The position numbers and the translations under genes are program-made. Under the pieces are notes generated by a model, which was not told the origin of the DNA, ran no database searches, and worked only from the letters and a program-made list of their open reading frames with translations. A stretch of DNA of 64,000 nt from Thermoanaerobaculia bacterium (GTDB lineage: Bacteria > Acidobacteriota > Thermoanaerobaculia > Multivoradales > UBA5704), in the NCBI GenBank assembly GCA_044868005.1, contig JBIOVX010000017.1:9377-73376 (forward strand), read 5' to 3'. Positions 55,717 through 64,000 of this stretch are shown piece after piece. Numbering within the stretch: position 1 is the stretch's first letter; each line of letters starts with the position of its first letter.

Positions 55717-56805
55717 TCAGTTGCCAATATACGGATCTCCGCCCCCGGCCGTCGCGACGAGACTATATCGCAGCAGCTCGCGCCCCGCCGCATCCACCAC
55801 CTGCAACGCCAGGGCTCCCGCGAGCCGCTCCGCGACCTCCGTGGGCAGCTTCCAAGGAGCCTTCAGAGGTGCGGTGAGCCGCTCCGCCGCAGCGGGAAAA
55901 CCGATCGGGTTGGGCGAGACCTCGACCCAGAGAGGAAAGGGGAGGCCGGCCAGGTCCACCTCGGCGCAGGCGACGCGCGGCACCGGCGCCCGCCGCGGCC
56001 GGCCGGCCAGCCTCTCCAGAAGAGCTGTGAACCAGCGGCTATAATGCCGCTGGCGAAACCGCCGGGCCGATTCCTCGAACCAACCGGCCGACCGCGGCTC
56101 CTGAATGGCGCTCTGCGCATAGAGGTGGATGGCCTCGGCGGCCGGCACGTAGCGGGCCGGCAGGCCGAGCCGGGCGGCCCGGCGCAGCCAGTCGGTCTCC
56201 TCGAAGTAGAGGCGGTAGCCTTCGTCGAAGGGTCCCGCCCGTTGCCAGGCGGCGCGCGTGAAGGCGAGCAGGCTGCCACTCAAAGCATGGCTGGCCACCG
56301 GCCGCGCCGCCTCCCAGTGCCGGCGGGCGTGACGGCGCCAGCGCCGGCGGGCGCGCACGGCCCACCGCTCACCGCGCGCCGCGAGCAGAGAGAGCAGCTC
56401 GGCGGTGCGGCTGCGCTCCTCGGCCGGCGGCAGCAGCATGCGGCGGGCTTCGTCCCAAAAGAACCGCGGCCCGGCGATCGCCGCGCCGGCGCTCAAGGCG
56501 TCCATCAGGGCGCCGAGGCAGCCGGGGAGGACCCGCACGTCCGGGTTCATCACCACGATCCGTTCCGCCCGCGAGCGGCTCACCCCGAGATTGACGCCGC
56601 CGGCGAAGCCGAGGTTGGCGCCGGGCTCGAGGCGCTCGAAGGAGAGGCTCGCGAGCCGCGCCCGGTCCGCGTCGTCGCTGCCGTTGTCGACGAGGATCCC
56701 CTCCAGCTCGAGGCCGCTCTGACCGGCATCGGCTCGCAACGCCTCCACCGCCGCCGCCGCCAGCTCCGGCGTGCGGTAGTGGACCAGGATGACGGCGATG
56801 CGCAT
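55717..56805 (-). CDS. Glycosyltransferase family 2
   Basis: LVDNGS, NLGFAGGVN, MNPD, FDEGY.LYFEETD. Confidence 0.88.
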   Translation of the reverse strand: MRIAVILVHYRTPELAAAAVEALRADAGQSGLELEGILVDNGSDDADRARLASLSFERLEPGANLGFAGGVNLGVSRSRAERIVVMNPDVRVLPGCLGALMDALSAGAAIAGPRFFWDEARRMLLPPAEERSRTAELLSLLAARGERWAVRARRRWRRHARRHWEAARPVASHALSGSLLAFTRAAWQRAGPFDEGYRLYFEETDWLRRAARLGLPARYVPAAEAIHLYAQSAIQEPRSAGWFEESARRFRQRHYSRWFTALLERLAGRPRRAPVPRVACAEVDLAGLPFPLWVEVSPNPIGFPAAAERLTAPLKAPWKLPTEVAERLAGALALQVVDAAGRELLRYSLVATAGGGDPYIGN

Positions 56806-56812
56806 GCGCCGT

Positions 56813-58039
<1,227 letters not shown>

Positions 58040-58079
58040 CGCCCCGATTGTACCTCCCCGCCAGGCTGGCGACGGACGC

Positions 58080-59429
58080 TCAGCCCTGGAACGGGAAATC
58101 CGGCGGCAGCCGCACCATCTCGAACAGCGAAGCGACCAGCTCACCATTCTCCCCTGCGCGATGCGGATTGTAGAACTCCCAGACGGTGCGGCCGTCCGGG
58201 GTCACCTCGAGCGCGCGCCCGTTCTCGGACTCGGTGATCAGAGTGTTGCCATTCGGCAGCCGCTGCGAGGAGCCCAGGGTCCGCGAGAAGAGGTCCACCT
58301 CGGGCGTGCCGCCGTACTGCCAGACGATCCTGCCGCTCACGGGCTCCATCTCGATCACCCGCGACCGTTCGCGGCTGGCGCCGGTGTTGTCGAACACCAG
58401 CAGATGGCCGTTGTCCAGGAAGGTCGGCTGGTGCTGGTGCCGCCAGCCGCCGGCCTTCGCCCATACCACCGTCCGGCGGTCCGGATCGAGGACCGCGACG
58501 GTGTTGAGCATGAACACCGAGATCAGCAGGTTCCCCTTGCGGAAGGCCGGGTGGAGACCGACGAAACGGCCGTCCAGGACCTCGAGGGTGTTGGTGTGGA
58601 AGATGTCCCCCTGGCGTTTCCGCATGGTCTGCACCAGGTTGGCGTACGGCGAGCTTTCGAAGCACTCCAGGATGGAGATCCGCCGCAGCAACCGTCCCTT
58701 GGGGCTGAGCACGGTCACGAAGTCCTCCAGCACTCCCCGCTTCCGATTGATGCGGGGAATGACCTTGCCTTCCCGATCGAGGACGTAGATGAGGCCTTCC
58801 TCCGTCACGAAGAGATCGTGATGGATGCCGCCACGGTAGGCCCAGCGGACGCGGGAGCGGGCGTCCAGCTTGACGAGCCCCTGCCCCTCATAGATGGCCA
58901 GGAGATCGCCGTTGGGATAGAGATAGGCGCGCCGGAAGTACTCCAGCTTCGCCATCTCGGGATCCTTGGCGAGGTCCGGCCAGAGCCGGCGGAGGGGATA
59001 CCGCCAGCGGTGGAGGGTCTTCCCTGCCATGTCCATGAGCACGGCCTCCGCCGCATGGCCGGAGACGTAGAGGTTCAGTCCCCGATAGGCGGCGCCGGCA
59101 TCGCGCTCGGCCACCACCGGGCGATCCTCAGCCGTTTTGTAGCCCTGGAGATAAGGGAGCGCCTGGACGTCGGCGGCAGCGTCGGAGGGCGGTGCACCGG
59201 AGGCCGATCCGCGGGCGACGCTCCACTTTCCCTGCTCCGGAGCGGCGGCCGGTTCGGGCTGAGAGGTTGCAGAATCGTCCGCGGCGGGCGCCGGCGTGAC
59301 GGACGGTTGAGGTTCGCGGCAGGCGGCGAGCAAGGCAAGCCCGGCGAGGAGCGCCGCCCTGACCCAAGCCCCGCTTCTCTTCCCGGGCACGGAAAGGGCC
59401 GCCGGCTGATCGACCGGCGGCCCCGTCAC
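58080..59429 (-). CDS. Arylsulfotransferase (ASST)-family beta-propeller lipoprotein
   Basis: LQALPYL-like N-terminus, HHD, D.FHTN, HQH.P, LLVFDN, QRLPNGNTLITES; lipobox LAAC; start uncertain. Confidence 0.8.
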   Translation of the reverse strand: MTGPPVDQPAALSVPGKRSGAWVRAALLAGLALLAACREPQPSVTPAPAADDSATSQPEPAAAPEQGKWSVARGSASGAPPSDAAADVQALPYLQGYKTAEDRPVVAERDAGAAYRGLNLYVSGHAAEAVLMDMAGKTLHRWRYPLRRLWPDLAKDPEMAKLEYFRRAYLYPNGDLLAIYEGQGLVKLDARSRVRWAYRGGIHHDLFVTEEGLIYVLDREGKVIPRINRKRGVLEDFVTVLSPKGRLLRRISILECFESSPYANLVQTMRKRQGDIFHTNTLEVLDGRFVGLHPAFRKGNLLISVFMLNTVAVLDPDRRTVVWAKAGGWRHQHQPTFLDNGHLLVFDNTGASRERSRVIEMEPVSGRIVWQYGGTPEVDLFSRTLGSSQRLPNGNTLITESENGRALEVTPDGRTVWEFYNPHRAGENGELVASLFEMVRLPPDFPFQG

Positions 59430-59457
59430 CGCAACCCGGGAAGAGCGAGCCCTCCGG

Positions 59458-62400
59458 CTACCGCACCTCACCCTGGATGTAGGCCGGATCGTTGGTGAGG
59501 TTGTTGATCACCTGGGCCGAGCTCAGCACCTTGCCGCTCTTGACCTGGATCTGCACCGTGAAGCCGTCGGCGACGCCGCCGGCGGGCAGCGGGTGCTGAC
59601 CCGGGCTGAACTGGCGCAGCTTGCCGGCGCCCAGCCGGACGTTCACCGGGTCGCCCAGCGGCGTGCCGTCGAGGCGGCGATAGATGACGTCGTACTCGGC
59701 CGTCCCGGTGCCGTTGTTGTAGACCCAGAAGGTCGTGCGGTTCTCGGCGTTCTGACGCAGGCCGACCAGGTACTGCCCCTGGCCGGCGCTCGCCGCGTTG
59801 GCCTCGCTGACGGCCATCATCGACTGGCCGTAGCGCTTCGTCGGGTCCGTGTTGTCGTAGCTCTCGCCCTGGACGATCGGGAAAGCGCCGCTGGAGATGG
59901 TGCTGATCGTCAACACGCCGATGGCGTTGTTGATTCCCCACCGGCCGGCGATGACGTTCTCCAGCCGCTCGGTCTGGCCGGGGGTGAGCGTCAAGCGGAA
60001 CGGCGCCGTCGTCGTGCCGTTGAGGCCGACGCCGGTGAACGTCAGGTCCGCGATCACCGGCTCACCGCTGGGGTTCGACAGCAGCGCGTCGGTCTGCCAC
60101 AGGCTGTTGTTGAGGCCCGGCGCGCTGAGGGCGCCGATCAGGTAGACCTTGGCGGCCCGCGAAGCGCCCGCCAGGATGAACGAAGGATCTTCGGAGGCCA
60201 GCCGCAGGTTCGAGGCGTAAGGCACGAGGTGGCCGCCCGCCTTGGTCTCGATCTCCACCCGGTAGTCGGCCACGTTCGAGACGCCGAAGTCGTCGGAGAT
60301 CTCCTTCGACTGGAACTGCTTCTGGCCGAAGCGGGAGAGGATGAAGTCCTGGCTGTCGCTGCCGATCTGCCGGCCGGTCTTGTCGAAGAAACGCAGCTTG
60401 TAGGTAGTCGGCTGATCGCTCGGGTTGCTGAGGCCGAAGTAGGCCAGGCGCTCGCTGTTGCTGACCAGGCCGACGAGGTTCTGGAACTTGTCCTCGGCGC
60501 CGCTCGTGCCGCTGGTCATCGGTACACCGCCCACCGTCTGGCCGAACTCCTTGCCGCTGTTGTCGAAGGTGGTGTTGAACGAGGTGATGACCGGCGCCAC
60601 ACCCTGCTCCACCGTCAGCGAGATGAAGCCGGCGATGTTCTCCTTGTTGAAGAGTTCCTTGAGCACGTCCGCCACGTAGAGCGTCGCCCCCGGCTGGATG
60701 GTCTTCGTGGACTTCGGCGGATTGGTCTCCGGTGCGCCCTTCTTGCGGAACTCCAGCGTCACGTTCATCGCCGACGTCCCGGGGTTGTGGATGTAGAGAT
60801 CGCTGGTCTGCTCGAGCAGGCCGCGGGTCTGCGCGATCCAGGGGAGCACCACCGACTTGGTGGCGGCCGCCTGTGCGCCCACCTGGACGTTCTTGGTCAC
60901 CGAGGCGAGGCAGACGCCGATGGGCGGGCACTCGGTGGCGGGGGCCAGCTTGCTGATCTCCAAGCTGACCGCGTGGGTGCCGGCGGTGCCGAAGGTGAAT
61001 TTCACGGTCTGGCCGTTCTTGATCACGCCGCCCGGCAGGGTCCAGGTGAAGCCGGTCGGGGAACCCTGCGAGGGGCCGGCGTCGAGGGTGACCTCATCGC
61101 CCACCTTGGGGCTCGCCGGTGTGGTGGTGAAGTCGGGCACCAGCGGGGTGCCCGTGCCACCGCCACCGCCACCCACGGTAATGGGCTTGGTCACGGACGC
61201 CGTGCAGATGCCGAAACTGCAACCGGCGCCCGTCCCTGCCTTGCTGACCTCCAGCGTCACCGGGAAGGTGCCGGCGGAGGAGAAAGTGACCGTCGTCGTC
61301 TGGCCGGTTCGGGTCTCGCCACCGGGAAGCAGCCAGGTATAGCCTGTCGGGCTCCCCGTCGATGAGCCGCCGTCCAAGGTCACCTGCTGTCCGACATTCG
61401 GGCTCGCTGGCGAGACGGTGAAGTTGGCGCCCAAGCCATTATTGGGATTGCCGGTGCCGATCTGCACGTTCTTCGTGCCCGTGGCCCCGGAGCAGCCGGA
61501 GTTGGTGACGCTGACCGTCTTGCTGCCGTCGCTCGCCCAGGTGATGCTCACCGAGCTGCCGGTGCCGGTGACCACACCGCCGCCCGTGGCGCTCCAGCTC
61601 CACGTCGCCGCCGGAGTGCAATTATTGGCCGAGGCGGAGAAGCCGAGCGACTGGTTCGCCTGCCCGGTGCTCGGACCACCGATCGTGATCTGCGGGGGCG
61701 GCGGGGGCGGCGGTGGGCTCCCGTCGATGATGATGCCGATATGGGTCGCGGTGATGTAAGGCTCGGCATTGCGCCTCACCCGCAGCTTCGGGTTGTAGGC
61801 GCCTGCCTGTCCGTAGCTGTGGGTCAGGGTGTTGTTCTGCGGGGTCACCGTGGCCCAGGTCGAGCCGTCGCCGTTCCAGTTGGCCTCGTAGAGGGTTGCC
61901 CCACCGCTGACCTGCACGTTGAAGGTGATGGTCTGGTTCACCCCGAAGCTGCAGAACCCGAACAGGCAGCCCTGAGCCAGGAACTGATCGATCGTCACCG
62001 GCTGCACCTGGTTGATGGTGACGTTCAGGTCGGCGCTCGTGAGCTCGCCGCCGCAGTTCTTGATCTTCGCCTTGATGGTCTTCGCGCCGGTCGCGGTGTA
62101 ACTGCAGCTGACGGTGGCGCTGTTGAACTGGCTGTTGCCGTCGTTGTAGCCGTGGAACCCGGTGCCGTCGCCGCAGTCCCAGGCGTAGTCGGTGGCACCG
62201 CTCGCCGTGACGTTGAGGTTCGCGACTCCCGAGGGAGGCGCACCGCTGGTGCAGTTGGTGCAGACGGGCGCCCCGCCGAACGACAGCGCGGGCGGGCTCA
62301 AGACGCTGAAGCTCTCCGTCGCCAGGGCCTCGGGGCCGGCGCCGTTGCTGGCCCTCGCCTCGGCGGTATACGTGCCCGCCGGCAGCGTGCTCCCCGGCAC

Positions 62401-64000
62401 GTTGAGCGGGTTGCCGGTCGCCTGGCCGGCCGCCGGATAGACCTGGGTCGGGCCGTTCATGATCACCCAGGAGACCGCCGGCCCGGGGTTGCCGGTGACG
62501 TTGTTGGCGGTGAATGTCACCGCCTGGCAGGTCTGCGGCGAGGCCGGAACATGGGTGACGCTGCCGATGCTCGGGGCCGGATCGAGCACCGTGACCGTCT
62601 TCGTCTCTTCGTCGAATCCGACGAGGTTGTCGACCCGCAAGGTGACCTGCTTGGCCCCGGTCGAGGTGAACGTCGCCGTGGTGGGGGTCGTCGCGGTGTT
62701 GGATACCGTGGTGCCGGCCGGGAACGTCCAGAGGCGCGAGGTGACGACCCCGGCCGACGTATCGTTGAAGGTCGTCGGAGTATTGGCGTAGACCGGGTCC
62801 GTCCAACTGAAATTGGCCGTGGGCGGCGTGGGTATCGCCTGCGTCCAGACGTGGGTGTCGAAAACGGTATAGGCGGCACGGTAGAGCACCGGGCCGTTGA
62901 ACTTGGCCACCATCGGCATGACGCGGCTGTAGCCGTGTTTCGGATTCGGAACGTTATTGCTGTGATTGCCGGCGTAATACCATCCCCAGTAGTCGATCGT
63001 CTTGCCATCGAGGGTCATCGTGCCGTTCGGGGTGATCTCGTCCGGGCTCGACGGGTTGGAAACGTCGAAGACGAACTCGCGCTGGAGTCCGCCGCTGCAC
63101 TGGTCGTTGGAGCCGAAGTAGAGGAACGGCGTCGTTCCGGAGCGGCTGAAGGTGACGAGGAGACGGGTGGCACTGCCGGGCGCCGTTCCGTAGGTCGACC
63201 AGTTGCCGGTCCAGGTGGGTGCGGGAAGCGAGGAACAACCGCTGGCCAGGCAGCTCGTCACGTTGTAGATCCGGCCCTGCCCGGAGACGTGGACAGCCAG
63301 GTACTGGCTCCCCCCCTGCTCCCACATCGCCATGCCGTAGATCACCTCGTTGCTGAGGAAGCGCGAGCCGCCGGTGTGGACGTTCTGCGGCGCCAGCGGA
63401 TTGCCGACGTCCCAGATGCGCAAGCCGAACTCATAGGTCAGCGAAGAGGTGGCGACGAAGTGGCGGCCGCCTGCGGTCGCCAGGCCGTCGACGAAGATGA
63501 CGGGAGTGGCGGGGCCGATGCGGGGCTTCTTGACGCCGGAGCAGAGCCCGGAGCTCTGCAAGCACTTGTTCAAGCTGCGGGCGGACGTCATGTCGTAAAG
63601 CTGCAGACCGTCCTGGGCGCCGAAGAACGCATACTCCCTGCCACCGATGACGTCGGCATGGACCTGGCTCCCGTCCGGCGCGGAGCTCCCGGTATCGCTG
63701 TCCTGGTAGAGCAGCCGGGGGGTGCCTTTGTCCGCGGTATTGACGATGGCCATGCCCACCGGCTGCAGACCGGCGACGGCGAGAATGTCGTCCTTGCCGG
63801 CGGGCGCGTCGAGGCCGTAAATGAAATGCCGCACCTCCGTGCACTCGGGGACGACCGCCCAGAAGGCCGTGTTCGGCGTGCAGCCGCCGCTCCGCAGATC
63901 GGCGCCGCCGACCTTCACCGGCTTTTCGGCATTGGCCCCGCTGGCATTCCAGACCTGAAAGCCGGTGACCGAGGAGGTGAAGACCCAGTCGTTCTCGATA
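59458..64000 (-). CDS. Large PKD-repeat surface protein, 5'-partial
   Basis: PTANF.W, multiple F....G...VTL.V PKD units, Thr/Gly-rich, repeated C-terminal beta modules; frame is open to the window end. Confidence 0.82.
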   Translation of the reverse strand, partial: IENDWVFTSSVTGFQVWNASGANAEKPVKVGGADLRSGGCTPNTAFWAVVPECTEVRHFIYGLDAPAGKDDILAVAGLQPVGMAIVNTADKGTPRLLYQDSDTGSSAPDGSQVHADVIGGREYAFFGAQDGLQLYDMTSARSLNKCLQSSGLCSGVKKPRIGPATPVIFVDGLATAGGRHFVATSSLTYEFGLRIWDVGNPLAPQNVHTGGSRFLSNEVIYGMAMWEQGGSQYLAVHVSGQGRIYNVTSCLASGCSSLPAPTWTGNWSTYGTAPGSATRLLVTFSRSGTTPFLYFGSNDQCSGGLQREFVFDVSNPSSPDEITPNGTMTLDGKTIDYWGWYYAGNHSNNVPNPKHGYSRVMPMVAKFNGPVLYRAAYTVFDTHVWTQAIPTPPTANFSWTDPVYANTPTTFNDTSAGVVTSRLWTFPAGTTVSNTATTPTTATFTSTGAKQVTLRVDNLVGFDEETKTVTVLDPAPSIGSVTHVPASPQTCQAVTFTANNVTGNPGPAVSWVIMNGPTQVYPAAGQATGNPLNVPGSTLPAGTYTAEARASNGAGPEALATESFSVLSPPALSFGGAPVCTNCTSGAPPSGVANLNVTASGATDYAWDCGDGTGFHGYNDGNSQFNSATVSCSYTATGAKTIKAKIKNCGGELTSADLNVTINQVQPVTIDQFLAQGCLFGFCSFGVNQTITFNVQVSGGATLYEANWNGDGSTWATVTPQNNTLTHSYGQAGAYNPKLRVRRNAEPYITATHIGIIIDGSPPPPPPPPQITIGGPSTGQANQSLGFSASANNCTPAATWSWSATGGGVVTGTGSSVSITWASDGSKTVSVTNSGCSGATGTKNVQIGTGNPNNGLGANFTVSPASPNVGQQVTLDGGSSTGSPTGYTWLLPGGETRTGQTTTVTFSSAGTFPVTLEVSKAGTGAGCSFGICTASVTKPITVGGGGGGTGTPLVPDFTTTPASPKVGDEVTLDAGPSQGSPTGFTWTLPGGVIKNGQTVKFTFGTAGTHAVSLEISKLAPATECPPIGVCLASVTKNVQVGAQAAATKSVVLPWIAQTRGLLEQTSDLYIHNPGTSAMNVTLEFRKKGAPETNPPKSTKTIQPGATLYVADVLKELFNKENIAGFISLTVEQGVAPVITSFNTTFDNSGKEFGQTVGGVPMTSGTSGAEDKFQNLVGLVSNSERLAYFGLSNPSDQPTTYKLRFFDKTGRQIGSDSQDFILSRFGQKQFQSKEISDDFGVSNVADYRVEIETKAGGHLVPYASNLRLASEDPSFILAGASRAAKVYLIGALSAPGLNNSLWQTDALLSNPSGEPVIADLTFTGVGLNGTTTAPFRLTLTPGQTERLENVIAGRWGINNAIGVLTISTISSGAFPIVQGESYDNTDPTKRYGQSMMAVSEANAASAGQGQYLVGLRQNAENRTTFWVYNNGTGTAEYDVIYRRLDGTPLGDPVNVRLGAGKLRQFSPGQHPLPAGGVADGFTVQIQVKSGKVLSSAQVINNLTNDPAYIQGEVR

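Overview
High-GC bacterial window; the gene content suggests an Acidobacteriota (Thermoanaerobaculia-like) genome, which is an inference. It has four blocks. (1) 1-14.7 kb is an accessory/defence region: a vapBC pair; two degenerate tRNA-Ala 3' fragments (att-like) flanking an XRE-ImmA/IrrE + PIN pair; a large, lower-GC nuclease-STAND NTPase-helical-repeat gene (Avs-like); three orphan antitoxins; and an intact 4,008-bp IS1-family element with five passenger genes (terminal inverted repeats and an 8-bp target duplication are visible), inserted into a 21-bp palindromic tandem array that has its own inverted ends. (2) 16-33.5 kb is a signalling cluster: a Ser/Thr kinase-CHASE2 fusion, a secreted accessory protein, three secreted TPR-CHAT (caspase-like) paralogues, an RTX-repeat protein, a carboxypeptidase-regulatory-repeat protein, an unannotated 18-aa peptide gene (perfect RBS, sigma54-like promoter, terminator) and a convergent GAF-sigma54 activator. 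(3) 33.5-39.7 kb holds a DUF3857/transglutaminase pair, a second satellite with inverted ends, and a PEGA protein. (4) 39.6-64 kb is a surface-glycan biosynthesis and modification locus (GT2/GT4, PIG-L, sulfatase-like, GNAT, 2OG oxygenase, aldo/keto reductase, radical SAM, Wzt, arylsulfotransferase) followed by a partial large PKD surface protein. The best candidate for a novel system is the peptide/CHAT/kinase-CHASE2/sigma54 cluster.
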